This document shows positions 10,201 to 18,760 of a stretch of 41,763 bases of DNA, in pieces. The DNA is from an uncultured Ruminococcus sp. (GTDB taxonomy: Bacteria; Bacillota; Clostridia; Oscillospirales; Ruminococcaceae). The first letter of the stretch is position 1. Each line of letters starts with the position of its first letter. Location: positions 1 through 41,763 of the forward strand of contig CAMNMO010000001.1 in NCBI GenBank assembly GCA_946544695.1. Direction: 5' to 3'. Below the pieces are notes generated by a model, which ran no database searches, had not been told where the DNA came from, and saw only the letters and a program-made list of their open reading frames with translations. The position numbers were made by a program, and so were the translations under genes.

Positions 10201-10863
10201 TTCATCGTCCAGCACCCTGAATCTCTTAGCCTTCTCACACTGCTTTTCCAGCGGACCGATCCGTCCCTCCAGTTCAGCCAGTATGTCTGTCAGCCTTGCG
10301 ATGTTGTCCTCCGCTTCCACCAGTCTGCGCTCTGCTTCCTGTTTTTTGTAGCGGAATTTCGCCACGCCCGCAGCTTCCTCGAAGATGTCTCTCCTGTCGC
10401 TGCCCTTGCCGTTGACGATATCAGCGATACGACCCTGCCCGACTATGGAATAGCCGTCCTTTCCCAGACCCGTATCCATGAACAGTTCGTTTACGTCTTT
10501 CAGCCTGACCGAACTGCCGTTTATAAGATATTCGCTGTCGCCGTTTTTATAGAGCTTTCTCGATACCGACACTATCTCGCTGTCGATACCCAACGCCCCG
10601 TCCTCATTATCTATGGTAAGTGTCACCTGTGCAAAAGGCGACTCCTTCCTTGTGGCACAGCCGTGGAAAATAACGCCTGCCATTTTCTCGCCTCTCAGCG
10701 CCTTTGAGGACTGTTCGCCCATTACCCAGCGCATGGCATCGGAGATATTGCTTTTGCCCGAACCGTTAGGTCCCACAACGGCAGTTATGCCTTTGCCGAA
10801 GGTCAGCACCGTCTTATCGGGAAAAGATTTGAATCCCTGTAATTCAAGTCCACGCAGATACAT
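7288..10863 (-). CDS. smc: chromosome segregation protein SMC
   Basis: GPNGSGKSN Walker A, hinge GRATFLPL, LSGGE signature, LLDEIEAALD; long coiled coils. Confidence 0.98.
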   Translation of the reverse strand: MYLRGLELQGFKSFPDKTVLTFGKGITAVVGPNGSGKSNISDAMRWVMGEQSSKALRGEKMAGVIFHGCATRKESPFAQVTLTIDNEDGALGIDSEIVSVSRKLYKNGDSEYLINGSSVRLKDVNELFMDTGLGKDGYSIVGQGRIADIVNGKGSDRRDIFEEAAGVAKFRYKKQEAERRLVEAEDNIARLTDILAELEGRIGPLEKQCEKAKRFRVLDDEKTALEVSVWVTRLEQYRVKLAETEERIKLLNEQYSALSEELAESEKQIEEGLRMSAQCAANAEDISEKIHEAELAGRGGEAEIAVCENDIAHIEENIARLREQIENSKADKYFLESELKQRRDELDDLGKKQTEAERAVAEKEKEFGELLDEADRSDKAVSEVNSQISAAYLEKSRLSFTAENLKNTIQETAEQLGELAEDRQETEKNRELADKELAKLKGRLTQAQESKSEKENVLGGMTKLLEKRRDKLDAAAATFTQADSALTETVSRLNILKDLERSMEGFGYSVKHIMNAVKQGRISGICGTVAQLIAAESRYSVAVETALGGALQNIVTETEDHAKRGIRLLKESKAGRATFLPLTSVRGTRLENDRLSGEDGFVALGCDIVTYDKKYEGIVRSLLGRICIAEDIDAASRIARTYGYKFRIVTLDGQVVNAGGSYTGGSVSKSTGILTRKNEINELEAKRQKLEGDRKSAAEEKEKLSNEAAKLSADIEGVRENITQLSADCLRLELEIKRVSELIESCDKTLADSGEKERELKEKGLQADKDLDKTLNDTAEVDRLILEKEAALTDSQGEQERLRERRNEISAELSEMRVRGAEISKDIGSCKDAIAQLEKTIDDRDSDSGKLTLDIENEKEKIKGKQADIEFIRQKIKDSGEEAEKLTRQLEEERRRQREFGESAEKLRASQKNKLDEKENLATQLSRGEERRNAVSADFDKLVNKLWDEYELTRTTAAEQAQPVEDMAAAEKHLTELKNKIRALGSVNLGAIEEYAEVRERYDFLSAQLTDVNVSKDELCRLIDELTEKMKSVFMQSFDEINRNFKSIFKELFGGGSGELILTDPENVLECGIEISVQPPGKVITSLMSLSGGEQAMAAIAIYFAIFRYSPAPFCLLDEIEAALDDVNVTRYAQYLHRLTDKTQFITITHRRGTMEEADVLYGVTMQEKGISKLLKMNAGQTSILGSDGLD

Positions 10864-10928
10864 TATTTTTCACCGCCTTTCAAATATTATTGTATACCAA
10901 ATACCATGCTCTGAAATAATCGGTATAT

Positions 10929-11297
10929 CTAAAGCAAATGCTCATACCTTTTGGCTATGGCTTCAAGGTATGCCTTTACATTTTTCTTATATTCTTCTTC
11001 TTTGTCTCCAAGATATGTCCTGCACATCTCATCTAGCTCACCCATGAATTCTCTCATGGGAACAAACTGCTCAGACGGCTCATCAAATATACAGTAAAAG
11101 CCCACGCAGTCAGGGTATTTCTCCCTGAAGCGCTCCTCTCTGTCAGGATTATCGGGAAACTCCGGCATTATCTCGCCCTGCTGCACTCCCGCCCCCTGCG
11201 AGAACCATCTCAGACCATCGAGAAGGTTCCGTTCGCTCCTGAACAGCAATGAAAAATAGTGGTGCATTTTATCGGAATGGTCAATATCCAGCTTCAC
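10929..11297 (-). CDS. putative CdiI-like toxin immunity protein (orphan)
   Basis: GAGGT SD and GTG start at 11297 give 122 aa; pattern YF..L.....L..F..G.G......FP...V.FY...F...L...C..YL...V...L..I..RY recalls ribonuclease-toxin immunity proteins. Confidence 0.5.
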   Translation of the reverse strand: MKLDIDHSDKMHHYFSLLFRSERNLLDGLRWFSQGAGVQQGEIMPEFPDNPDREERFREKYPDCVGFYCIFDEPSEQFVPMREFMGELDEMCRTYLGDKEEEYKKNVKAYLEAIAKRYEHLL

Positions 11298-11302
11298 TGT
11301 AT

Positions 11303-11728
11303 CTACCTCACAACATCGTAAACTATGCCCACCGCATAAAACAGCACGGCTATCCCCGCAAGCACGGTAAACACCCACCAGGTCAGCACAGCATCTTTAG
11401 TCTGCTGTTCATCGACGGCGAACACACTGCTGTCCGTCTTTCCTACAATGACTTTTCTGTCATCGCCCCGCCTGAGATACCACATATTGACGCCACACAC
11501 TGTGATGCCCCTGAACTTTTTGCCGTCCACATCATACACAGCCCTTGCCATTATCGCACGCCCCGCAGAGGGTCTTGTCCTCGGTATCCTTGCATTTATG
11601 ACTTCCGTGTTCCTCTGCCTGACGTCCCGCCGCAGACGCACTGCCTTTATCAGCATCACGATGTTCCTTGCCAGCACCGCCGCAAGAAATGTTTCAAACA
11701 GAATGCCCTTTATAAGACTGTCATACAT
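11303..11728 (-). CDS. hypothetical membrane protein (TM - beta domain - TM)
   Basis: ATG overlaps the upstream stop (TGATG); hydrophobic segments at both ends. Confidence 0.7.
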   Translation of the reverse strand: MYDSLIKGILFETFLAAVLARNIVMLIKAVRLRRDVRQRNTEVINARIPRTRPSAGRAIMARAVYDVDGKKFRGITVCGVNMWYLRRGDDRKVIVGKTDSSVFAVDEQQTKDAVLTWWVFTVLAGIAVLFYAVGIVYDVVR

Positions 11729-12975
11729 CAGAACCACCGCTCATGCATCTTGTGCAGAAAGTTCTCCGTAACGGGATATCCGCTTGCATCGCCTAAAACA
11801 CTGTCGATACCGCAGTACGGACAAAGTGCTGTGCCGCAGCCCTCGTTTATCCAGCTCGACACTTCATCGGGGGCAAAGATCTTTCCGCAGTAAAAGCACC
11901 CGCAGACCTTGCTGCGCTTTATCAGCTTTTTGTTATATATGGAATATCTGTGCGCCGCTTCCGCATCATCAAGCAGCCTTACTTCGTAAAGCCCGATGCC
12001 GTTTTCCTCGGTGACCTTCACCTTGCAGCCCAAGCCTTCAAAATAACCGATGTTCGCTTTCTTCTGACCCACAGCCTTGCTCATGCAGCCTTTTTTAACT
12101 GCAAACACAAGTTCCTTGTTTGCGGTGAGTCTGCCATCTTTCTCAGCCTTGTCCAGTTCAGTCTCCATGCGCTGCCTGTATAACAGACCCTCGCACAGTT
12201 CCCTGAACGCAGGGTGGTAAAAACCGCCCACCATGTCCTGTTCGACTATCTCGCTTGCGTGCAGCCCGCATTTTATGACCCTTATGCCCGCTTCGGTGAA
12301 AGCCCCCAGCGCCCTTGCGGAAAGACCGAGCACCTCATCAAAGCTCATGGGCTTGTACTCACCGCTTTCAAGCAGTTTTGCAAGCCTTGTATTTTTCAGT
12401 ATCACCACAGGGTAGATGCGCACCGTATCAGGACGTATAGCCATTATCTCATCAAAGGTCTCGTCCTCCTGCCGATGACCGCTTTTGTAAAGCCCTATCA
12501 TCATTTGCAGTCCCAGTTCAAAGCCGTTTTGACGTATCAGCCTGCTTGCCCGTCTGACGTCCTCTGCGCTGTGCCCTCTCTCGTTAGCTGTCAGCACTTC
12601 GTCCGACATTGACTGCGCACCAAGCTCGATGGCTGTTACACCGTAGCTTTTGAGAATATCAAGTATCTCGCCGTCGATGTAGTCGGGTCTTGTAGATATG
12701 CGTATCCCCTTGAACCTCCCCTCGCCCACATACTTGTGTGCAGCCGACAAAAGTTCCAGCATGTAGTCTCTGGGTATAGCAGTAAAGCTGCCGCCAAAGA
12801 AAGCTATCTCGGTATCGGCAATGTCGTCCACCTGACCCAGTGCCTGCAAGCACGCCCTCTCCACATCGTCCTTGTGTGGCAGCTTCTGTTTGCCTGTTAT
12901 GGCGTTCTGGTCACAGAAAGCGCATTTGTGCGGGCACCCTACATGGGGCACGAATATGGAGATGTTACTATGCAT
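11728..12975 (-). CDS. Elp3-like radical SAM protein with fused C-terminal Cys-rich domain
   Basis: CPHKCAFC (CxxxCxxC), AFFGGSFT, STRPD, ELGAQS; usual clostridial position between rnc and smc; extra CGCFYC...CPYC tail. Confidence 0.9.
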   Translation of the reverse strand: MHSNISIFVPHVGCPHKCAFCDQNAITGKQKLPHKDDVERACLQALGQVDDIADTEIAFFGGSFTAIPRDYMLELLSAAHKYVGEGRFKGIRISTRPDYIDGEILDILKSYGVTAIELGAQSMSDEVLTANERGHSAEDVRRASRLIRQNGFELGLQMMIGLYKSGHRQEDETFDEIMAIRPDTVRIYPVVILKNTRLAKLLESGEYKPMSFDEVLGLSARALGAFTEAGIRVIKCGLHASEIVEQDMVGGFYHPAFRELCEGLLYRQRMETELDKAEKDGRLTANKELVFAVKKGCMSKAVGQKKANIGYFEGLGCKVKVTEENGIGLYEVRLLDDAEAAHRYSIYNKKLIKRSKVCGCFYCGKIFAPDEVSSWINEGCGTALCPYCGIDSVLGDASGYPVTENFLHKMHERWF

Positions 12976-13107
12976 TTCGTTTTCCTCTTATAAGTTTGCT
13001 CGTTTGCAGGCTATGGCAGTTAAAGTGAGCTTCACTGTCATAAGTGAGCCGCTGTTCTCTCTGAGGGACAGCTTCCCCGCCCGCAGACTTCTCAGCCCCG
13101 ATCCGAT

Positions 13108-13809
13108 TCAGACCTTGACACCCATCAGCGATAAAGCTTCCTTAGCCGCATTCTGCTCTGCACTCTTTTTGGACCTGCCGATACCCTCACCGATGACATT
13201 GCTGTTGAGCTTCACCTGTACAGTGAACCTCTTGTCATGGTCGGGACCTTCCTCACCCTTGAGATAGTATTCTATCTTCTCCTCGGGATTGCGCTGAATT
13301 ATCTCCTGCAATACCGTCTTGTAATCGTGGAAAGTCTCGGTGTGCGCAGGGTTGATGTCGTCGGGCAGGAAATTCATGATGTGCTTTCTCGCAGCCTCAA
13401 GTCCGCCGTCCAGATATATGGCAGCTATCACAGCCTCCATTGCATCGGATACTATCGACGCCCTCTCTCGTCCGCCCGTCAGCTCCTCGCCTTTTCCGAG
13501 GAATATGTACTTGCCAAGCTCTATCTTGTGGGAAAATTCAAATAATGCCTTCTCACATACCAGCGATGCCCTCAACTTCGTCAGCTCACCCTCGGGCAGA
13601 TGCTTGAAATGCTCGAATATGTAATCCGATACCACTATGCTCAGCACCGAATCTCCCAGGAATTCCAGCCGCTCGTTGCTGTGACGCTGCTTCTTGTTCT
13701 CGTTTGCAAAACTCGAATGCGACAGCGCCTCGTAAAGCAGCCTGTCATTCTTGAATCGGTAGCCTATCCTTTTCTGAAAGGCAGCAAGGTTTCTCTCCTC
13801 GTCCATCAT
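13108..13809 (-). CDS. rnc: ribonuclease III
   Basis: NERLEFLGDSVL signature, C-terminal dsRBD (DYKTVLQE...SKKSAEQNAA). Confidence 0.98.
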   Translation of the reverse strand: MMDEERNLAAFQKRIGYRFKNDRLLYEALSHSSFANENKKQRHSNERLEFLGDSVLSIVVSDYIFEHFKHLPEGELTKLRASLVCEKALFEFSHKIELGKYIFLGKGEELTGGRERASIVSDAMEAVIAAIYLDGGLEAARKHIMNFLPDDINPAHTETFHDYKTVLQEIIQRNPEEKIEYYLKGEEGPDHDKRFTVQVKLNSNVIGEGIGRSKKSAEQNAAKEALSLMGVKV

Positions 13810-14810
13810 GCCTGCTCCTTTTTCATCTGCTCCAGCGCAGTTGTTATGGTGTCTATCACACCTGTCTCGGTGAACTGCTTTGCCTGTCTCACCGCATTGT
13901 AGAATGCCTTTGCGTCAGAACTTCCGTGAGCCTTGATGACAGGCTTAGCTGTGCCCAGCAGCGGCGCTCCGCCGTATTCCGAATAGTCTACCTTCTTCTT
14001 GAAGTTGTTTATGTCCTTCATTACCATGACCGCAGCCAGCTTCGATTTAGTGCTGCTCTTGAATATGCTCTTGAGCTCGCCCGAGAAGAACTTGCCCATG
14101 CCCTCGTACAGCTTCAGCATCAGATTTCCGCAGAAACCGTCAGCCACACATACATCGCAGTCGCCCAAAGGCAGCTGCCTTGCTTCTATGTTGCCCACGA
14201 AATTCACAGGCGCAGTTTTCAGCTGCTTGTAGGTCTCCAGCTCCAGCTCCCTGCCCTTCGATTCCTCAGCACCTATGTTCGCCAGCGCCACTCTCGGCTT
14301 GGCAACGTTCATTATCCTGTTCATGTATGCACTGCCCATTATGCCAAACTGTACCAGCATCTCGGGACGGCAGTCCGCATTCGCACCGCTGTCAAGCAGC
14401 ATCGTCGGCTTCCCCGCAGTCGGCAGTATAGTCGCAAGTGCAGGGCGCTTTATGCCCTTTATCCTCTTTACGATGAATGTCGCACCTACCACCAGCGCAC
14501 CTGTCGAACCCGCCGATACAAAAGCATCGCCCTCGCCGTCAGCCAGCATCTTCATGCCCACTGCCATCGAACAGTCCTTCTTGCCCTTGATGACCTCAGT
14601 AGGTTCCTCGCATATCTCTATAACAGTGTCCGCATGCCTTATCTTCAGTGCCGAGATGTCTATGCTGTTCTTCTTCGCACATTCCTTTATCTTGCTCTCG
14701 TCACCGACCAGTGTTATGTCCACACCAAAATCTCTCTGCGCATCAACTGCGCCCTTTATTACCTCCAGAGGTGCGTTGTCCCCTCCGAATGCGTCCATTA
14801 CTATGTTCAT
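13806..14810 (-). CDS. plsX: phosphate acyltransferase PlsX
   Basis: MDAFGGDNAP, SAGSTGA, LDSGAN, KAHGSS; start reassigned to ATG 14810 behind an AAGGAGG SD. Confidence 0.97.
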   Translation of the reverse strand: MNIVMDAFGGDNAPLEVIKGAVDAQRDFGVDITLVGDESKIKECAKKNSIDISALKIRHADTVIEICEEPTEVIKGKKDCSMAVGMKMLADGEGDAFVSAGSTGALVVGATFIVKRIKGIKRPALATILPTAGKPTMLLDSGANADCRPEMLVQFGIMGSAYMNRIMNVAKPRVALANIGAEESKGRELELETYKQLKTAPVNFVGNIEARQLPLGDCDVCVADGFCGNLMLKLYEGMGKFFSGELKSIFKSSTKSKLAAVMVMKDINNFKKKVDYSEYGGAPLLGTAKPVIKAHGSSDAKAFYNAVRQAKQFTETGVIDTITTALEQMKKEQA

Positions 14811-14915
14811 CTTCTGACCTCCTTGTATTTTCCCGAAGGTCAGCCGTAGGAGGTAGACCCTCACGTCCCCGCAAGGACCTTCCTCTTACCTCTGACCTTC
14901 TGTCATCGCTAACTG

Positions 14916-15713
14916 TCAGGGTACAAGTTCCTCGTACCCCTCAGGCAGTTTTATCTCCTCGCAGCCTTCCTCAAAGCCGTTTATCATGATAAGCGCCGAT
15001 GCCTTCTTGTCTCCGGGCACTTTTGTCTCGGGCTTTTCCAGACTTATCAGCACGCCTGTCTCTCCGTCAAATGTCAGCACCATCGTGCCGTCTTCGGTCT
15101 CAAAGGTCTCAGCCACCGTGCCGTCCGAAAAACTCTCCGCCGAAATAAATTCCTCAGCTTCAAAGTCATGACCCAGCAGGTATTCCGTCACCCCTGACTC
15201 CAGCACATCAGCCGCCGTCACAGGCTGCGCTGTTCTGCTCTCGCTGTCCGCACGGTAGTCAGCACCGTCTATATGATATATGTCATCTATAAGGCTTTCC
15301 CCATTCGTGAAGTCGCCCGAATATATCCTCATAAAATGGTAGTCGCTGCCGTTTACCTCCAGCATCTCGCTGTATTCATCCTCCAGCCCCTCTCCGCCAT
15401 AGCTGACAGATAATGTCTTATCTATGGTGAAGCTGCGCTGTTCCAGCTTTTCTGCAAACGCACGGGTAAGGCTGCCCTCATAGTCCTTTGCGACCTCACT
15501 GCCTTCTTCCTCGTTCGTATCGGTCTCCTCTGCTTGTGTTTCAACAGCCTCGGTTTCCTCCGCAGTGACCTCAGTCACCTGCTTTGTCACTGCCCCGCCC
15601 ACAACAGGCGCATCGCTCTCAGCTGCGCTCTCTGTTTTCCCGCCGCACCCTGTAAGTGCTGCGCACATCATAAGCGCCGCCGCAAAAGCGATCCTTCTTT
15701 TATCCATCATCAT
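14916..15713 (-). CDS. acidic lipoprotein of unknown function
   Basis: Signal peptide with lipobox LTGC, E/T-rich linker, beta-rich C-domain. Confidence 0.8.
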   Translation of the reverse strand: MMMDKRRIAFAAALMMCAALTGCGGKTESAAESDAPVVGGAVTKQVTEVTAEETEAVETQAEETDTNEEEGSEVAKDYEGSLTRAFAEKLEQRSFTIDKTLSVSYGGEGLEDEYSEMLEVNGSDYHFMRIYSGDFTNGESLIDDIYHIDGADYRADSESRTAQPVTAADVLESGVTEYLLGHDFEAEEFISAESFSDGTVAETFETEDGTMVLTFDGETGVLISLEKPETKVPGDKKASALIMINGFEEGCEEIKLPEGYEELVP

Positions 15714-15731
15714 TTACCTCTCTTTTGTCCG

Positions 15732-16394
15732 TCAGCTTTCTCTCTGCATCATGGCGTTCTTTAAGCTTTCGGGAAGTTCTACCTCTCCCGTCCCCTCGCT
15801 GAATCCCATTACCTCATAGTGTGCGCCGCCCGATTCATACTCCTTCAGCACGCCGTCATCACCATAGGTGTACAAAAACGCCAGACTTTCACTGCTGCCG
15901 TTTATCTTCTCAGCACCGTCCTGCACGCCGCCGAACTTTTCCGCATCACTTATGAACGCACAGTGGAAAACGCTTTCCAGTACATGTTCATCAAAATGCT
16001 CGTCCTCGCCCACATACACAGGCACATTGCTGCCCTCGTTCGTCACCGACCACAGTTCGCCGTCCACTATGAACATCTCGCCCGTAACATTGCCCTCAGC
16101 ATTTTTGTAGACATCGTGCAGCACATTGCCGTACACCTCTATCTCCTCGGTAACTTCACTGCCGCCCGACTGCTGCGAACACAGCGTCATCGAAAAATCA
16201 TGTTTCTCTATCCGCTTTATGAACGCCGCCGTCCTGCTGTTTTCAAAGCTTTGTCCCTCAGTCTGCACCTCTGTCACGGAAGTTTCCGCCTCCGCCTTTG
16301 ATGCATCTGTCACCTCAGTATTTTTCTCACCGCAGCCCGCCAGCATCAGGCAGACACACACTGCGGCTGTTATAGCCTTCTTCATCAGCATCAC
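15732..16394 (-). CDS. acidic lipoprotein of unknown function, paralog of neighbour
   Basis: Lipobox LAGC; shares motifs with 14916..15713. Confidence 0.8.
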   Translation of the reverse strand: MMLMKKAITAAVCVCLMLAGCGEKNTEVTDASKAEAETSVTEVQTEGQSFENSRTAAFIKRIEKHDFSMTLCSQQSGGSEVTEEIEVYGNVLHDVYKNAEGNVTGEMFIVDGELWSVTNEGSNVPVYVGEDEHFDEHVLESVFHCAFISDAEKFGGVQDGAEKINGSSESLAFLYTYGDDGVLKEYESGGAHYEVMGFSEGTGEVELPESLKNAMMQRES

Positions 16395-16398
16395 CCTG

Positions 16399-16803
16399 TC
16401 AGAAACCGCTGCGCTTCTGTCTTACAAAGTACATGATACCGCTTATTACCAGCCCTGTTACCGAAAGCAGCGCACCCCACTTTATGCAAAGCGGCACCGT
16501 CGAATGCAGCACTGCTTCATTTCCGTAAGGCAGCTTCTTGCTCAGTTCAAACAGCACGAATGCCCCGTACCAGCCAAATGCCAGCACAGCCTCAGTCAGT
16601 ACATGCGCCAGAAAATTCTTCACCAGATCCTTAGGTTCATCTTTAAGGCTGAAACTGATGTACTCTATCAGCACAGCTGCCCTCGCAGCCAGCCATATCC
16701 ATAAGGTCCTGTCACCACGAGCGATCGTCACCGTCAGAAAGACCAACACCGCCAGCCTCACTGCCGACCTTGTAAATTCTATCTTATAATCCTCTCTGTT
16801 CAT
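16399..16803 (-). CDS. hypothetical membrane protein
   Basis: About four hydrophobic segments; GAGGTG SD; tight operon spacing. Confidence 0.7.
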   Translation of the reverse strand: MNREDYKIEFTRSAVRLAVLVFLTVTIARGDRTLWIWLAARAAVLIEYISFSLKDEPKDLVKNFLAHVLTEAVLAFGWYGAFVLFELSKKLPYGNEAVLHSTVPLCIKWGALLSVTGLVISGIMYFVRQKRSGF

Positions 16804-16807
16804 GTTT

Positions 16808-17413
16808 TCACCTCAGATCTTTCTTTGTCCTTACCAGCCGGCTGCTGCGATCACGTATATACCATACCGATACACATACGCCCGTGCATACCGCCAGCAC
16901 GATAAGCGACCCTATCAGCGCACAGGGTATGCACCTTGTAAGCATCTCGTGCATCGTGTATTCATCAAAGCCGCTGAATCTTTCGGGATATTTGTTAAGT
17001 ATGATGTTGAAGCCGCAATACAGTCCCGTTATCGGCAGTCCCGTCAGCCATGACCACAGGTTCCTTTTCAGATAGTCCTTAGGTACATAGTCATTCTTTA
17101 TCCCGCTCAACAGCATAGGTCCCAGCACAAACAGGAATGCAAAAAGTATCATCATCTTGCCGCCCGTCTCTGTGTAGTATTCTTCGTACAGCTTTTTGCC
17201 GTGCCCCACACAGAACATTGAATGTACCAGCAGAAACATCCCAACCACAGGGAACACGAATTCAGCCCCGGGCGAACAGGATATCACTGCGCCGCTCTCA
17301 AACCTTTTTTCCAGTGTGTGCGGGTGCTTTATCCACATCACTATCGGCAGTGCACCGCACAGTAAAGATAATATCACTATCCCTGTCAACACTAATATTC
17401 CCATATCCGTCAA
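16808..17413 (-). CDS. hypothetical membrane protein
   Basis: About five hydrophobic segments; begins 8 nt after the trmFO stop. Confidence 0.7.
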   Translation of the reverse strand: MTDMGILVLTGIVILSLLCGALPIVMWIKHPHTLEKRFESGAVISCSPGAEFVFPVVGMFLLVHSMFCVGHGKKLYEEYYTETGGKMMILFAFLFVLGPMLLSGIKNDYVPKDYLKRNLWSWLTGLPITGLYCGFNIILNKYPERFSGFDEYTMHEMLTRCIPCALIGSLIVLAVCTGVCVSVWYIRDRSSRLVRTKKDLR

Positions 17414-17420
17414 GCCTTTC

Positions 17421-18743
17421 TCACAGCTCCGCCGTCAGCCTGTCCAGATCCGCAAGACCCCTCTCTGCCAGCAGCTTGTATTTCAGCTTCTTATCCTTCA
17501 CACGCTCGCCCCACTCGGGCAGTATGCCCATATTGCAGCCCATCGGCTGAAAATTCTCCGTCTCGGGTGAGCTTATATACTTGCTGAGTGCCCCCAGCAT
17601 AGTCGTCTCGGGCAGCGATACAGGCGTGAGCCCTTTTATCTGCCTTGCCATGTTCAGCCCTGCGAAAATGCCGCTCGCCGCACTCTCTATGTAGCCCTCA
17701 ACACCTGTCATCTGCCCCGCAAAATAAAGCTCGGGGCGCTCCCTCATGTTGAACTGCTCGTTTAACAGCTTAGGCGAATTTATGAATGTGTTGCGGTGCA
17801 TCACACCGTATCTCATGAACTCTGCGTTCTCAAGCCCCGGTATCATCGAGAACACCCGCTTCTGCTCACCGAATTTCAGGTTAGTCTGAAAGCCCACCAG
17901 GTTGTACATGCTGCCCGCCGTGTTCTCAGCCCTCAGCTGTACACACGCCCACGGACGTTTGCCCGTCCTCGGGTCGGTCAGTCCCACAGGCTTCAGCGGT
18001 CCGAACCTCAGCGTGTCCTCGCCCCTCTTTGCCAGCACCTCAACAGGCATGCAGCCCTCGTATACCTTAAAGCCGTCCTTCGAGAAATGCTCCCTGTCAT
18101 GCTCCTTCAGCGGTGCGCTCTCTGCATTTACCAGCGCCTCGTAGAACCTTTCGTACTCCTCCTTGTTCATGGGGCAGTTGATGTAATCCGCATCTCCCCT
18201 GCCGTAGCGTGAAGCAAAGAACGCCTTTTCCATATCAAGGCTCTCAAAGGTCACTATCGGCGCCGCCGCATCATGGAAGTACAGGTATTCTCCGCATATC
18301 TTCCCTATGCTCTCAGCCAGCGCATCAGATGTCAGCGGACCTGTCGCTATTATCACCCTGCCCTCAGGCACCTCTGTCACCTCGTCCTCGATAACAGTTA
18401 TGAACTCGCTGTTCCTTATGCGCTCTGTCACAGCATCAGAGAACTTCTCCCTGTCCACCGCCAGTGCGCCGCCTGCGGATACCCTTGCAAGCTCGGCACA
18501 CTCCATCGTCACCGAACCCAGTCTGCGCATCTCCTCTTTCAGCATGCCTGCCGCCGACTCAACTCTGTCAGCTTTCAGGGAATTTGAACAAACCAGTTCC
18601 GCAAAACCTTTATACTTATGCGCAGGTGTGAACTTCCTGGGCTTCATCTCGTAAAGCTCACATTCAATGCCTGCCTTCGCCAGCTGCCACGCAGCCTCGC
18701 AGCCCGCAAGCCCCGCACCTATCACTTTTACTTTTTCGCTCAT
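17421..18743 (-). CDS. trmFO: methylenetetrahydrofolate--tRNA-(uracil-54) methyltransferase (FAD-dependent)
   Basis: GAGLAGCEAA, ELVCSNS, GFQTNLK, GVMHRNTF, AGQMTGVEGY; next to topA. Confidence 0.98.
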   Translation of the reverse strand: MSEKVKVIGAGLAGCEAAWQLAKAGIECELYEMKPRKFTPAHKYKGFAELVCSNSLKADRVESAAGMLKEEMRRLGSVTMECAELARVSAGGALAVDREKFSDAVTERIRNSEFITVIEDEVTEVPEGRVIIATGPLTSDALAESIGKICGEYLYFHDAAAPIVTFESLDMEKAFFASRYGRGDADYINCPMNKEEYERFYEALVNAESAPLKEHDREHFSKDGFKVYEGCMPVEVLAKRGEDTLRFGPLKPVGLTDPRTGKRPWACVQLRAENTAGSMYNLVGFQTNLKFGEQKRVFSMIPGLENAEFMRYGVMHRNTFINSPKLLNEQFNMRERPELYFAGQMTGVEGYIESAASGIFAGLNMARQIKGLTPVSLPETTMLGALSKYISSPETENFQPMGCNMGILPEWGERVKDKKLKYKLLAERGLADLDRLTAEL

Positions 18744-18760
18744 CTATCAGTTTCCTTTTT

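Noticed and set aside
12976-13107. Intergenic hairpins and AAGTGAGC direct repeat between rnc and the radical SAM gene
   Set aside because: Short imperfect stems, no U-tract or recognisable RNA family; insufficient support
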